Assembly: GCA_038146865.1 (NCBI GenBank)
Contig: JAYQSL010000007.1
Location: 131,190 to 195,189 of the forward strand
Direction: 5' to 3'
DNA: 64,000 bases
From: Rhodospirillaceae bacterium
GTDB lineage: Bacteria > Pseudomonadota > Alphaproteobacteria > MPNO01 > UBA2964
Made by a program: the position numbers and the translations under genes. How positions within the stretch are numbered: position 1 is the first letter of the stretch; each line of letters opens with the position of its first letter. The notes beneath the pieces are model-generated. The model was not told the DNA's origin and ran no database searches. It was given only the letters and a program-made list of their open reading frames with translations. Shown one piece after another: positions 17,786 to 28,900 of this stretch.

Positions 17786-19114
17786 ATGTTGAAAATTTTC
17801 ATAAATGGCATCTCGGTAGTCCTTCTGTCCTTCGGCATTTGTCTTGATCCCGGAAGAAGTTTTGCGCAGCTCAGAGTAGATATAACGGATGGAAATCCGA
17901 AGCCATTGCCTATCGCCGTAACAGAATTTTTTGGCGCTGACCCGAACGCTTCTAAGTTAGGAAATTCCATTGTCCGCGTTATTTCAAACGACCTTGAGAG
18001 GTCTGGGCTTTTCAAGTTAATCGATCGCAGGGCATTCATACAAAGCCGAGAGTCTTTGCGTCGGCTTCCTCAGTTTCCCGCTTGGCGCCAAATTAATGCT
18101 CAAGCCCTGGTTGTTGGGACTGCTCAAACGCTTGAAACCGGAAAACTGAGAGTGGATTTTCGTCTTTGGGATGTGTTTTCATCCAAGCAATTAATCGGCC
18201 GAAGGCTTGAGACTGAACCTAGTAATTGGCGAAGAGTGGCGCATATTATTTCCGATTCAATATACAAGAGAATTACCGGAGAGGATGGTTATTTCGATAC
18301 GAGGGTGGTTTATGTTGCTGAAACAGGGCCGGCAAAAAAAAGGGTAAAGCGCCTCGCGATTATGGATCAAGATGGAGCCAATTTACGTTACCTAACCGAC
18401 GGTTCAAATTTGGTTCTTACTCCCAGGTTTTCGCCAACCGCCCAGGAAATTACCTATTTGGCTTATGTAAACAATCGCCCTCGCGTTTATATCTACAACA
18501 TAGATACAGGTCAAAGGGAAGCACTGGGAGATTTTCCGGGGATGAGCTTTGCTCCCCGTTTTTCCCCGGACGGCAATAGGGTGATTATGTCGATAGCAAA
18601 GAATGGAAACTCAGACATATATACAATGGATTTGCCTACCCGTCGGACAAAAAGATTGACCAAACACCCTGCTATAGATACGTCTCCTTCTTTTGCCCCG
18701 GATGGGCGTCGAATTGTCTTTAATTCGGATAGAGGTGGTCAACAACAACTCTATGTCATGACCTTAAGAGATCGTAGGGCACGCCGAATAAGCTATGGGA
18801 CCGGTCGTTATGCGACTCCGGTTTGGTCTCCAAGAGGTGACTTAATCGCTTTTACTAAAATGTTCAAAGGGGAGTTTGCGATTGGCGTAATGCGTCCAGA
18901 TGGGTCTGGAGAAAGACTGTTGACCAAAGGCTTTTTAGTAGAAAGCCCAACTTGGGCACCAAATGGACGAGTTTTAATGTTTTTTCGGAAGGATCGTTTG
19001 GGAAAACAAAGCGGACAACCAAAGCTTTTTTCGATAGATCTCACTGGCTATAACGAGAGGCTGATTCCAACTCCTACATCATCCTCGGATCCAGCCTGGT
19101 CACCTTTAAATTGA
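17786..19114 (+). CDS. tolB: Tol-Pal system beta-propeller protein TolB
   Basis: 442 aa, with a signal peptide and repeated WD-like/PD40 blocks ([17 protein letters not shown]). Confidence 0.95.
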   Translation: MLKIFINGISVVLLSFGICLDPGRSFAQLRVDITDGNPKPLPIAVTEFFGADPNASKLGNSIVRVISNDLERSGLFKLIDRRAFIQSRESLRRLPQFPAWRQINAQALVVGTAQTLETGKLRVDFRLWDVFSSKQLIGRRLETEPSNWRRVAHIISDSIYKRITGEDGYFDTRVVYVAETGPAKKRVKRLAIMDQDGANLRYLTDGSNLVLTPRFSPTAQEITYLAYVNNRPRVYIYNIDTGQREALGDFPGMSFAPRFSPDGNRVIMSIAKNGNSDIYTMDLPTRRTKRLTKHPAIDTSPSFAPDGRRIVFNSDRGGQQQLYVMTLRDRRARRISYGTGRYATPVWSPRGDLIAFTKMFKGEFAIGVMRPDGSGERLLTKGFLVESPTWAPNGRVLMFFRKDRLGKQSGQPKLFSIDLTGYNERLIPTPTSSSDPAWSPLN

Positions 19115-19171
19115 TGAGATAGAACAATTTCATGATTAAATAAAAGGATTCTCGAAAAACTTCCTTGAAGT

Positions 19172-19207
19172 TGAGCGCGTCCGCGTTAGTGTAAGAGAGG
19201 ACGCGCT
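19172..19207 (+). promoter_or_regulatory. Perfect 10-bp inverted repeat (GAGCGCGTCC..16 nt..GGACGCGCTC) in the tolB-pal intergenic region
   Basis: A GC-rich stem seen directly in the sequence, followed by a weak TATTGGTTTG. It could be a partial terminator or attenuator, or a processing site, separating tolB from pal. Confidence 0.3.
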
Positions 19208-19241
19208 CTATTGGTTTGAAACAGTGCGAAAGGATGGCCTC

Positions 19242-19790
19242 ATGCGCTTGAAGTTGATTAGTATAATAATTCTTGGCTTTGCCCTATCGGGATGCGAGAC
19301 CTCATCAGATGGAAGTGGGACCCTTGATACCGGTGCTGCCTCTGGGTCTGGTTCAACCAAGGTCTCTGTATTGAAATCGGCGGATATTAATTCAACCGAT
19401 ATAACAGCTCGTCCTTCGGAACCCGTTATTCCTCCTGGGACGCAGGAGGATCTTGTTGTCAATGTTGGCGATAGGGTTTTCTTTTCTACTGATAGTTTCC
19501 AACTTTCTGCTGAGTCCCGCGCCGTTCTCGAGAAACAGGCGAAATGGCTTAAACAAAATTTAGGAACGACCTTTAGTGTTGAGGGACATGCTGACGAACG
19601 GGGAACCAGAGAATACAATCTCGCTTTGGGAGAGCGCAGGGCATCAGCTGTAAGAGATTATTTGGTCGCACTTGGAGTTAATCCAAATCGTATCCAGACA
19701 ATCAGCTATGGAAAGGAAAGGCCGGTTGACCCCAGATCAGTTGCAGAGGCTTGGTCTAAGAACAGGCGCGGCGTATCCGTAGTAAAATAG
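19242..19790 (+). CDS. pal: Peptidoglycan-associated lipoprotein Pal
   Basis: Lipobox LSGC and an OmpA_C domain (VEGHADERGTREYNLALGERRASAVRDYLV). I place the start at MRLKLISIIIL, which has an upstream AAGGA; the ORF tool's start is at 19224. Confidence 0.9.
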   Translation: MRLKLISIIILGFALSGCETSSDGSGTLDTGAASGSGSTKVSVLKSADINSTDITARPSEPVIPPGTQEDLVVNVGDRVFFSTDSFQLSAESRAVLEKQAKWLKQNLGTTFSVEGHADERGTREYNLALGERRASAVRDYLVALGVNPNRIQTISYGKERPVDPRSVAEAWSKNRRGVSVVK

Positions 19791-19835
19791 TAGATCATTG
19801 ACATGAGGTGTCTTTAACGACCAGCGAGTGGGATT

Positions 19836-20675
19836 TTGTTGATCTCTCGGAGATTAGGATTTTGTCTAACCTTTGTTGGTTGCGTGTTGGTCAATGAAGT
19901 GGCAGTCGCGCAGTCGCAGGAGGCCGACGTGGCGTCATTTGCGCGCCAGGCGGTTCGCATTGATCAACTGGAGACTGAAATTAGAAGTCTGACGGGCCAA
20001 AACGAAAATATAAACTTCAAAATTGGTCAATTAGAGAAACAAATTAAAAATCTCAAAGATAGTTTGAGCTCTGCGACGTTACAAATCCAGCGTCTCCAGG
20101 AGTTCAGGTCTTCCGCCCAATCGTTGCCAAACGGCACGTTTGATAAAAGTCCGGTTTCGTCAGGAAAATCAACTTCGTTCGAATCGGCGATGCGTGTCCC
20201 GGGCGCAGAGAAAGGGGCAAAAGCTCTGGGAGTTCTTAGGGTCGGTCAGGGTTCAAGCGCTAAGCCAGTTGATCCCTCCGCAGGCCTCTCACCCAAACAG
20301 CTCTATGAAAAGGCACAAGGTTTTTTAACCAAGGGAAGAGAGTTTGAAAAAGCAGTCGAGCTTCTGCAGATATTTGTAGGCAGATATCCCAAACATAAAC
20401 TGGCCCCGAATGCTCACTACTGGTTGGGACGAGCATATTTTGTTCGTCAAGAATTTCGAAAAGCTTCATTCTCCTTTGCTGAAGGACTACAAAAGTTTCC
20501 AAAGTCGCCAAAAGCATCTGCCAACCTTTTAAATTTGGGTATGGCTTTCCTGAGGCTAGGTAAAAGGCGAGATGCTTGCACAACCTGGGGGCAACTATCA
20601 GTGGCTTATCCTAAAGCGCCTGACGCAATCAAACGGCGAGTAGAACGCGAGCGCAAAAAAGCCAAGTGTCTTTAA
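19836..20675 (+). CDS. cpoB: Tol-Pal system protein CpoB/YbgF (coiled coil plus TPR)
   Basis: Signal peptide, N-terminal coiled coil, C-terminal TPR repeats (YEKAQGFLTKGREFEKAVELLQIFVGRYPKHKLAPNAHYWLGRAYF). It lies directly downstream of pal. Confidence 0.85.
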   Translation: MLISRRLGFCLTFVGCVLVNEVAVAQSQEADVASFARQAVRIDQLETEIRSLTGQNENINFKIGQLEKQIKNLKDSLSSATLQIQRLQEFRSSAQSLPNGTFDKSPVSSGKSTSFESAMRVPGAEKGAKALGVLRVGQGSSAKPVDPSAGLSPKQLYEKAQGFLTKGREFEKAVELLQIFVGRYPKHKLAPNAHYWLGRAYFVRQEFRKASFSFAEGLQKFPKSPKASANLLNLGMAFLRLGKRRDACTTWGQLSVAYPKAPDAIKRRVERERKKAKCL

Positions 20676-20734
20676 AGCCTGGCGTTTTGCAGACAAAAGT
20701 TTCTTCGTCCTTGCAATTTGAATTCAATCGCAAG

Positions 20735-21979
20735 ATGGCCTCCTTAGGCCCTTTCGAGAACTATCCACATATTGCTGTTGCGCTTTCCGGAGGCGCTGAC
20801 AGCACCGCTATGCTCTATCTGCTAAAAGATTGGTCAAAGGCTTATGGGGCTAAAATTACGGCTTTAGTTGTAGACCATAAATTACGCTCAAATTCAACTT
20901 CTGAGGCTCTGCTCGTCCAGAAAAGGTCACAGGACTTAGGTATTAGATGTTATATTTTGACGTGGAACGATAGTAAACCGAGCGGCGGCCTTCAGGCCGC
21001 TGCTCGGGAGGCCAGATACAAACTTCTGGGTAATTGGTGTTTGAGCCATGGGGTGCTGCATTTAGCGGTAGCGCACAACAATGATGATCAAAATGAAACG
21101 GTCCTTATGCGTTTAAAGCATGGGTCAGGAGAATTTGGTCTCGCCGGCATCGCGGCCCAGCGTCAAATGGGCTGGGGGAGACTTATCAGGCCTTGCCTTA
21201 TTTTTTCTCGGTCTTCACTACGTGAATATTTACGAAAAATGGGTGTGGCTTGGATTGAAGATCCCTCTAATCTTGATACAAAATTTGAGCGAGTAAGAGT
21301 TAGAAACGAATTAAACGGTGGTTTAGAGCATGTAGATTTGGAAGCACCGTTTTTAGCCGCTACCAGAATGGAAATAGATTATAAAACAGCGGAATTCTTG
21401 GCTGGCGCTGCGATGATTTCCAATGCAGGGTACGCTCGTATTGATCTGGCGGCTTTACTAAAATTACCGGCTTGTTTGGGTCAGAGGATCTTAGGACATT
21501 TATGTGCGACGATAGGGGGGGCTTCTTATTTGCCTCGTCAGGCCAAATCTTTGACCCTATTGAACTATTTGCACGCTGGAAAATTTCATGGAAGGACTTT
21601 GCACGGGTGCCACTTAATAGAAAAAAATGGTGAATTAGTGATTTTTCGCGAGTGGAGACGTTGTCGGACTCAGAAAATTTCTGGAAACTCTTTTTCTACA
21701 TGGGATAATCGTTTCAGTTTCCGTCTGCCGCCCATGACTGGCGTTTCGGTAGGCCCTTTGGGAGACTTTTACCCAGTAATCAAAAGCAAAAAGTTCAGAG
21801 ATATTTCAATGCCGAGACTAGCAATTATGGCTTTACCAGGATTTTTTCGGGGGAAAACACTTTTAGCGGTGCCTCATTTGGGCTTTGGACGTTCAACCGA
21901 ATATGATAGCCTTAGGCAGTTGGGTATAAACTTTAGACCTCTTAGGCCTGTTACTTGCGCCCCATTTTCTGTTGCTTAA
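20735..21979 (+). CDS. tilS: tRNA(Ile)-lysidine synthetase TilS
   Basis: PP-loop SGGADSTAML. The ORF is open from 20666; the more plausible start is MASLGPFENYPHIAVALSGG. Confidence 0.85.
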   Translation: MASLGPFENYPHIAVALSGGADSTAMLYLLKDWSKAYGAKITALVVDHKLRSNSTSEALLVQKRSQDLGIRCYILTWNDSKPSGGLQAAAREARYKLLGNWCLSHGVLHLAVAHNNDDQNETVLMRLKHGSGEFGLAGIAAQRQMGWGRLIRPCLIFSRSSLREYLRKMGVAWIEDPSNLDTKFERVRVRNELNGGLEHVDLEAPFLAATRMEIDYKTAEFLAGAAMISNAGYARIDLAALLKLPACLGQRILGHLCATIGGASYLPRQAKSLTLLNYLHAGKFHGRTLHGCHLIEKNGELVIFREWRRCRTQKISGNSFSTWDNRFSFRLPPMTGVSVGPLGDFYPVIKSKKFRDISMPRLAIMALPGFFRGKTLLAVPHLGFGRSTEYDSLRQLGINFRPLRPVTCAPFSVA

Positions 21980-22019
21980 TTCATTTTAGGCACCATCTAA
22001 TGGGGAGGTTTCAACATGT

Positions 22020-23993
22020 TTGGGTGAAAGCTCTTTGCCCGAACAAGAGGATGTGGAAGTGGGAAATTTAGGAAAAAATCTAATTTTATGGCTCGTTATT
22101 GGCGCTCTGCTGGTTCTGCTGTTCAATATGTTTCAACAATCAGATGGACGAAATAGTAAAATTGGGATCCCTTTTTCAGACTTCGTTGCTGAGGTTGGAA
22201 ATGGGCAAGTTAGAGAGGTAATGATAACGGGCAAAAGTATTGAAGGCTTTTACACGGATGGGAGAGCTTTCCGGACGTATGCGCCCGACGACCCTAATCT
22301 TGTAGAGAGATTGACGAGCAAGGGGGTGGTGATAAGGGCTAAGCCCATTGAGGATGGCTCACCGAGTTTAGTGCAGATCCTTATTTCTTGGTTCCCAATG
22401 TTGCTGCTTATCGCGGTTTGGATTTTCTTTATGCGCCAGATGCAGTCTGGTGGCGGCAAGGCGATGGGTTTTGGAAAATCAAAAGCAAAGCTTCTCACCG
22501 AAAAAGCCGGTCGCGTTACTTTTGAGGACGTTGCGGGCATAGATGAGGCAAAAACCGAGCTTGAAGAAGTTGTCGAATTTCTTAGGGATCCTCAAAAGTT
22601 TCAGAGGCTCGGGGGGAAAATACCCAAAGGCGTTCTTCTTGTAGGGCCGCCTGGGACCGGGAAAACGCTCCTTGCTAGAGCCATCGCAGGGGAAGCAAAT
22701 GTGCCGTTTTTTACCATCTCCGGTTCTGATTTTGTAGAGATGTTCGTTGGTGTTGGTGCGAGTAGGGTTCGCGACATGTTTGAGCAGGGAAAGAAAAATG
22801 CACCCTGCTTGATATTTATTGATGAGATAGATGCGGTGGGGCGACATCGCGGAGCGGGGCTCGGTGGTGGAAACGATGAGCGCGAGCAAACCCTAAACCA
22901 GCTTTTGGTAGAGATGGATGGTTTTGAGGCAAACGAGGGTGTCATCCTGATCGCGGCCACCAATCGGCCCGATGTCCTAGACCCTGCGTTGCTGAGGCCG
23001 GGAAGGTTTGATCGTCAGGTCGTGGTACCCAATCCTGATATATTGGGCAGGGAGAAAATTCTTAAAGTCCATATGCGCAATGTTCCGACAGCACCAAATG
23101 TTGATGCTCGCGTCATCGCGCGTGGGACGCCCGGCTTTTCTGGAGCAGATTTGGCTAATTTGGTTAATGAAGCGGCTCTTTTAGCAGCGAGACGGAATAA
23201 GCGGCTCGTTACAATGGAGGAGTTTGAGGAAGCGAAAGACAAAGTTCTGATGGGGGCGGAACGGCGCTCGATGGTGATGAGTGAGGAGGAAAAAGAGCTT
23301 ACAGCTTATCATGAAGCCGGGCATGCAATCGTTGGTCTTCATGTCCCTAAGCATGATCCCTTGCATAAAGTGACGATTATTCCGCGGGGCAGAGCACTTG
23401 GGGTCACTATGAATTTGCCTGAAAAAGATCAGTTATCAATGTCAAAAACTCAATTGACGTCGCGGATTGCCTCAATGTTTGGGGGACGTGTGGCCGAGGA
23501 AATGATCTTCGGTAAAGAAAACGTAACTACAGGTGCTAGCAACGACATCATGCAAGCGACAGGATTGGCAAGGAGAATGGTTACCGAGTTCGGGTTTAGC
23601 GAGAAACTGGGACCTTTGCGATACAGTGAAAATCAAGAAGAGGTTTTCCTGGGACATTCTGTCACTCAGCAGAAAAATAATTCAGATGCTACCGCTGAAA
23701 TAATCGACCTGGAGGTTCGGCGCATAGTCGAGGAAGGTGAAGCCACGGCAAGAAGTGTATTGGCTGAATTTAAAGATCAGTTAGAAAGCCTGGCTAAGGC
23801 GCTTTTGGAGTATGAAACTTTATCTGGTGACGAGGTCGACTCGATTCTGAAAGGTGATGGCATTAATCGTCCAACGATCGATGACCCTCCCTCTGATCCT
23901 AGGGGTAGGTCTTCTGTTCCCTCAGCAGGAAGGAGAAAGAGCAATGAAGACGGCGGTGCTTCGGATTTGGAGCCCGAACCGCAGGGGACATAA
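22020..23993 (+). CDS. ftsH: ATP-dependent zinc metalloprotease FtsH
   Basis: AAA Walker [15 protein letters not shown] motif, and the HEAGH zinc site; 657 aa. The true start is probably the GTG/ATG near 22059 ([13 protein letters not shown]). Confidence 0.95.
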   Translation: MGESSLPEQEDVEVGNLGKNLILWLVIGALLVLLFNMFQQSDGRNSKIGIPFSDFVAEVGNGQVREVMITGKSIEGFYTDGRAFRTYAPDDPNLVERLTSKGVVIRAKPIEDGSPSLVQILISWFPMLLLIAVWIFFMRQMQSGGGKAMGFGKSKAKLLTEKAGRVTFEDVAGIDEAKTELEEVVEFLRDPQKFQRLGGKIPKGVLLVGPPGTGKTLLARAIAGEANVPFFTISGSDFVEMFVGVGASRVRDMFEQGKKNAPCLIFIDEIDAVGRHRGAGLGGGNDEREQTLNQLLVEMDGFEANEGVILIAATNRPDVLDPALLRPGRFDRQVVVPNPDILGREKILKVHMRNVPTAPNVDARVIARGTPGFSGADLANLVNEAALLAARRNKRLVTMEEFEEAKDKVLMGAERRSMVMSEEEKELTAYHEAGHAIVGLHVPKHDPLHKVTIIPRGRALGVTMNLPEKDQLSMSKTQLTSRIASMFGGRVAEEMIFGKENVTTGASNDIMQATGLARRMVTEFGFSEKLGPLRYSENQEEVFLGHSVTQQKNNSDATAEIIDLEVRRIVEEGEATARSVLAEFKDQLESLAKALLEYETLSGDEVDSILKGDGINRPTIDDPPSDPRGRSSVPSAGRRKSNEDGGASDLEPEPQGT

Positions 23994-24295
23994 ATAACTC
24001 GGGTGTCGCCGTCAGTTTTGTTATGGACCCCATCTCGCTATCAGAATTGCCGAGTAAATTCGATTTTGGCGGCACTAAGGATGCCCCAATTGGGCTCCGT
24101 CCGAGGGGACTTTGGAAATCAGCGGTTACGGAGGGTCAACAACTCCCTTTTTTAGGGGGGCCGCATGTTTTTAGCAATCTTGAGATCTTCCTGAAGATCC
24201 GACAACATCTAGCTATTATTGAAGTTGATCATGGACATGCGACCCGGTGGGCGGACACTATGGGAGGTGGGGATCGATTTAGATCGGCTTTGTCC

Positions 24296-25129
24296 ATGTT
24301 GACAAAAAAGCGCTCTCCTTTTGTGGGTCTGAACACACAAAAACCAAACATAATGGGAATAATAAACGTCACCCCAGACAGTTTTTATGCTGGTAGCAGG
24401 TTTGACCCTGTAGAAGCTGTGGATAAAGCTTACCGTATGATTGAGGATGGAGCAGATATTATCGATATAGGCGGAGAGTCTTCTCGTCCCGGTAGTAATC
24501 CTACTCCCAAGGAACAAGAAATGGATCGCGTGTTACCAGTAATAGAGAAGCTGCAAGGCTGTGGCGTTCCATTGTCGATTGACACAAGGCGCTCGGCTGT
24601 CATGCGAGAGGCTATCTCTGCAGGTGTGTCGATCGTAAACGATGTAACGGCGCTATCAGACGAGGGGGCGATTAAAGTGCTTAAAGAAAATCCGCACGTA
24701 TCAGTGGTTTTAATGCACGCTCAGGGTATCCCGAGGAACATGCAAAATAATCCCCGATATAACCACGTCACTTATGAGGTTTTATGTTTTCTTCTCCATC
24801 AAGTCCTTAAATGTAAAGCCGCCGGTATCGAACGTAGCAGGATAGCTGTTGATCCAGGTTTTGGTTTTGGCAAGACTTTTGACCAAAATGTTCAAATGTT
24901 GAGGGAACTTGCCATGCTTCACTGTACTGGTTGCGTTATATTGGCAGGTATCTCGCGCAAGTCTTTTTTGGGTGCTATTACAAACCAAACTGAAGCAGAA
25001 GGTAGATTGTCAGCGTCCGTCGCCGCGTCTATAGCGGCTTTGTCGCAAGGCGCTCAAATTCATAGGGTCCATGATGTCAAAGAAGTCAGGCAGGCCTTTG
25101 CGGTTTACGATCGCGTCAACGCCGATTGA
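24296..25129 (+). CDS. folP: Dihydropteroate synthase
   Basis: Pterin-binding DHPS motifs (IMGIINVTPDSF, DIGGESSRPG, VLMH...G). The ORF is open from 24023, but the roughly 90-aa N-terminal extension has no DHPS similarity, so I call the start at MLTKK. Confidence 0.85.
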   Translation: MLTKKRSPFVGLNTQKPNIMGIINVTPDSFYAGSRFDPVEAVDKAYRMIEDGADIIDIGGESSRPGSNPTPKEQEMDRVLPVIEKLQGCGVPLSIDTRRSAVMREAISAGVSIVNDVTALSDEGAIKVLKENPHVSVVLMHAQGIPRNMQNNPRYNHVTYEVLCFLLHQVLKCKAAGIERSRIAVDPGFGFGKTFDQNVQMLRELAMLHCTGCVILAGISRKSFLGAITNQTEAEGRLSASVAASIAALSQGAQIHRVHDVKEVRQAFAVYDRVNAD

Positions 25130-25204
25130 ATCGCTCGCATTGAAGCTTTGGTTGCGGACAAATTACCAAAGTTGAGTGAATAGACGTCAATCGGGAGTTT
25201 TGGA

Positions 25205-26551
25205 ATGGTAGCAGCATTATTTGGTACAGACGGCGTTCGCGGTGAAGTTAATAAATACCCTATGACACCGGACATAGCGATGCGGATCGCTATAGCGGCT
25301 GGACGGGTATTAATGAGAGGATCACACCGTCACACGGTTGTTATCGGCAAAGATACAAGAATTTCTGGATATATGTTTGAGCCTGCGCTTACTGCAGGCT
25401 TTATTTCGATAGGTATGGACGTGACATTGGTCGGTCCGATGCCTTCGCCGGCTTTGGCTATGCTTACTCGCAGCCTCCGAGCGGATCTCGGCGTAATGAT
25501 CTCTGCTTCGCATAACCCTCATGAGGACAATGGAATTAAGTTTTTCGGTCCTGACGGTTATAAACTTTCTGATGACAAGGAACAAAAAATAGAATCACTA
25601 GTAATTTCTGATTTGGAAAATTCTTTAGCGGAACCTAAACACATTGGTAGGGCGAGGAGACTGGAGGATGCTAGCGGGCGGTATATAGAGTTCGTTAAGA
25701 ATACCTTTCCAAAAGAACTTAGGCTTGATGGGTTGAAAGTTGTTATAGATTGTGCGAACGGGGCAGCCTATAAAGCTGCTCCGCAAGTTTTATGGGAACT
25801 CGGTGCAGAAATAATCTCCATCGGTAATTTGCCCGATGGATTCAATATAAATTTGGGGTGCGGGAGTACTGACACTTCGTTAATGCAAAAAACCGTTGTT
25901 GAGTCAGGGGCGGATCTAGGTATTGCGCTGGATGGCGATGCAGACAGGGTTTTATTATCAGATGAGAAAGGTAATCTTGTTGATGGAGATCAGATAATCG
26001 GAGTAATTGCTCAGTCTTTGCTGGAGGATGATCAATTGCGGGGTGGCGGTGTGGTTGCCACCTTGATGTCAAATTTAGGCTTAGAGAGCTATATTAAAGG
26101 ATTGGGTCTTAAATTTATCCGAACCGACATAGGTGATCGTTATGTAATCCAAGCAATGTTGCGCGATGGCATGAACTTAGGAGGTGAGCAATCTGGGCAC
26201 ATAATTTTGAGTGATTACAATTCGACCGGAGATGGATTGGTCGCTAGTCTCAGAGTATTGTCAACTTTGTTGAAAGCTAAAACGCCCGCTAGCCAATTGT
26301 GTTCTAAGTTTGAGGCCTGTCCACAAAAGCTCGAAAATATTCCCTTCTATGGCGAAAACCCACTCAAGGATACGGCACTTCAAGAAAAAATATTGAAGCA
26401 AAAAGAACGACTTTCTGGCAGCGGCCGTTTGCTTATTAGAGAGTCTGGAACTGAACGTATAATAAGAATTATGTGTGAAAGTGATAATCCCGAGTTGTTG
26501 GATGAGGTGATGGACGAATTAGTCGACGTTATCAGTGGCGCGACGGGGTAA
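25205..26551 (+). CDS. glmM: Phosphoglucosamine mutase
   Basis: Active-site SASHNP, DGDADR, and the GEQSGH loop; 448 aa. The ftsH-folP-glmM synteny is conserved. Confidence 0.95.
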   Translation: MVAALFGTDGVRGEVNKYPMTPDIAMRIAIAAGRVLMRGSHRHTVVIGKDTRISGYMFEPALTAGFISIGMDVTLVGPMPSPALAMLTRSLRADLGVMISASHNPHEDNGIKFFGPDGYKLSDDKEQKIESLVISDLENSLAEPKHIGRARRLEDASGRYIEFVKNTFPKELRLDGLKVVIDCANGAAYKAAPQVLWELGAEIISIGNLPDGFNINLGCGSTDTSLMQKTVVESGADLGIALDGDADRVLLSDEKGNLVDGDQIIGVIAQSLLEDDQLRGGGVVATLMSNLGLESYIKGLGLKFIRTDIGDRYVIQAMLRDGMNLGGEQSGHIILSDYNSTGDGLVASLRVLSTLLKAKTPASQLCSKFEACPQKLENIPFYGENPLKDTALQEKILKQKERLSGSGRLLIRESGTERIIRIMCESDNPELLDEVMDELVDVISGATG

Positions 26552-26602
26552 CTATCTAACTGGTTTGATACTTAAATTGCTAAGTTATTTCGAGGAGGGT
26601 CT

Positions 26603-27397
26603 GTGGTTGGACGTGTTTTAATAGTAGCCGGTTCTGACTCGGGGGGAGGGGCTGGCATTCAAGCTGATATTAAAGCTGTAAGTGCATTAGACTGTTTTGC
26701 TGCTACGGCGATAACCGCGCTTACTGCTCAAAATACTCTTGGGGTCCATGATGTTTATCCAGTCCACGCGGAATTTATTGATAAACAAATAAACGTAGTG
26801 ATGACAGATATTGGTGCCGATTGCATTAAGACAGGGATGTTGCATGATGCGGAAACAATCAAGTGCGTAGTTCGCGCTATTGACAGGGATGGGGCGGGGA
26901 TACCATTGGTAGCTGATCCAGTAATGGTTGCCAAAGGCGGCGCCAGGCTCCTTCTAGAAGATGCGGTGGTCGCTCTCAACGAATATTTGATACCGAGGGC
27001 AACTCTGCTGACCCCCAATATTCCTGAGGCGGAGGCGCTCACGGGTATTAAGGCCTTAGATGAGTCAGCGTTGAGTCAAATTGGAGAGACTTTATTAGAG
27101 AAAGGAGCACAATCCGTCCTGCTCAAAGGCGGACATTTAAACGGATCAACTATTGTCGATAGGCTCTTTAGTTCATCTGGAGTAGAACTTTTTGAGAATC
27201 CAAGAATAAACACCAAACACACTCACGGAACTGGGTGTACTCTTGCTTCTGCGGTAGCAGCAGGCATTTCTGATGGTTTGAGTATTTCAGAAGCTGTTAA
27301 TAGGGCTGAGATTTATTTGCATAAAGCTATTTCAGGAGCTCCAGGCTTTGGATTAGGTCACGGACCAATCGATCATACACATACGGTGCGGAATTAG
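26603..27397 (+). CDS. thiD: Hydroxymethylpyrimidine/phosphomethylpyrimidine kinase ThiD
   Basis: VLIVAGSDSGGGAGIQADIK and the GTGCTLASAVAA motif. Confidence 0.9.
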   Translation: MVGRVLIVAGSDSGGGAGIQADIKAVSALDCFAATAITALTAQNTLGVHDVYPVHAEFIDKQINVVMTDIGADCIKTGMLHDAETIKCVVRAIDRDGAGIPLVADPVMVAKGGARLLLEDAVVALNEYLIPRATLLTPNIPEAEALTGIKALDESALSQIGETLLEKGAQSVLLKGGHLNGSTIVDRLFSSSGVELFENPRINTKHTHGTGCTLASAVAAGISDGLSISEAVNRAEIYLHKAISGAPGFGLGHGPIDHTHTVRN

Positions 27398-27402
27398 TTT
27401 GC

Positions 27403-27951
27403 CTATTCCTCTTTCATACCGTTAGGGCTTTTGACCCGATTAAGAAATTTCCTATGATCAACCGTGTTTATTATGCCTAAAAGGACCTTCTTGTACCCTT
27501 CAACCGCATCGGCTCCGGCTTCCCTGTATGCCCTAGCTACTCTTTCGCGTTGATTTAAGGTCAAACGCCTCTCTAGTTCTTCCCCCTTGATGGTAAGAGA
27601 TAAGAGTCTTTTCCTCCGATCCTGTACTCCTGATTTTTGAGTTATGAAGCCCTCTTGAATGAGTTTGCTCAGGACCCGAGATAAACTTTGCTTGGTAATT
27701 CTTAAGATGGACAATAATTCAGATACATTAATTCCTGGGTTGCGACCCACGAAGTAGATGACCCTATGGTGAGCTCGACCGAGACCGTATTGCGATAAGA
27801 TTGCATCGGGTTCGGAGGTGAAGTCACGGTATGCGTAAAAGATGAGCTCTATTCCCTGACGCAATTCATCATCCCGAAGAAATAGTGGATTCGCCCCGCC
27901 CTTTATGTCAGTCATATTGACATATTTGCAGTGCAATGCTAGCGAAGGCAA
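27403..27951 (-). CDS. MarR-family transcriptional regulator
   Basis: Winged-helix block VSELLSILRITKQSLSRVLSKLIQEGFI...DRRKRLLSLTIKG. An alternative start is at 27915. Confidence 0.75.
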   Translation of the reverse strand: MPSLALHCKYVNMTDIKGGANPLFLRDDELRQGIELIFYAYRDFTSEPDAILSQYGLGRAHHRVIYFVGRNPGINVSELLSILRITKQSLSRVLSKLIQEGFITQKSGVQDRRKRLLSLTIKGEELERRLTLNQRERVARAYREAGADAVEGYKKVLLGIINTVDHRKFLNRVKSPNGMKEE

Positions 27952-28008
27952 CAGTTTTTTTACCAGGCGGCACTTTTTTCTAGGCTTTTCTGTGGAGGCA
28001 TCAGGTAG

Positions 28009-28884
28009 ATGTTAAATTTCGATGATCAGGATGGTCAAATTTGGTATGATGGGGAATTGATCCCTTGGCGCAGTGCCAATTTACATGTTCTCACACACGG
28101 GCTCCACTATGGTAGTTGCGTCTTTGAAGGTGAAAGAGTTTATAACGACAGGGTCTTCAAGCTGCTGGAGCATACGGAAAGGCTACTACAATCTGCCAAT
28201 TACTTAGGTTTTGAAATTCCTTGGTCCCTTCAAGAGGTTGCGGATTTCACTATCCAAACAGTAAAAGCCCAGGGCTATTCAGATGCATATGTACGCCCTG
28301 TAGCTTGGAGAGGCAGTGAAATGATGGGAGTTTCTGCCCAAGACTCAAAAATTCATTTGGCTATCGCAGTTTGGGAATGGCCGTCCTATTTTTCCCCCGA
28401 AGCTCGAATGAAGGGTATCAGACTAGACTGGTCTAAATGGAAACGTCCCTCGCCTGAAAGTGCCCCAGTCCATGCTAAAGCGGCTGGATTATACATGATC
28501 TGTACATTGTCAAAACATGAAGCAGAGTCTAAAGGCTATGACGATGCGCTTATGCTGGATTGGAGAGGCCAAGTAGCGGAGACAACAGGCGCTAATATTT
28601 TTCTAGTTATGGATGGCGCTCTTCATACCCCTAAACCAGATTGTTTTTTGGATGGGATCACCCGCCGCTCTGTGATTGAGTTGGCTAAAAACAGAGGTTA
28701 TGAAATAATAGAGCGGTCAATCATGCCGGAGGAGCTTTCGAAAGCAGACGAAATTTTTGTTACGGGAACTGCTGCTGAAGTTACTCCTGTTGGTTGCATA
28801 GGTAATCAAGACTTTATTGTGGGTCCGGTAACCAAAGAACTATTAGAAGATTATGACCGGCTTGTGAGATCAGCTATTTCTTAG
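28009..28884 (+). CDS. ilvE: Branched-chain amino acid aminotransferase (class IV PLP)
   Basis: IWYDGELIPW...HVLTHGLHYGSCVFEGERVY and the EIFVTGTAAEVTPV motif. Confidence 0.85.
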   Translation: MLNFDDQDGQIWYDGELIPWRSANLHVLTHGLHYGSCVFEGERVYNDRVFKLLEHTERLLQSANYLGFEIPWSLQEVADFTIQTVKAQGYSDAYVRPVAWRGSEMMGVSAQDSKIHLAIAVWEWPSYFSPEARMKGIRLDWSKWKRPSPESAPVHAKAAGLYMICTLSKHEAESKGYDDALMLDWRGQVAETTGANIFLVMDGALHTPKPDCFLDGITRRSVIELAKNRGYEIIERSIMPEELSKADEIFVTGTAAEVTPVGCIGNQDFIVGPVTKELLEDYDRLVRSAIS

Positions 28885-28900
28885 AAGTTGTTATAAGTTA

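Noticed and set aside
24023-24295. A 90-aa N-terminal extension of folP
   Set aside because: It has no DHPS similarity. The canonical DHPS N-terminus (IMGIINVTPDSF) follows Met 24296.
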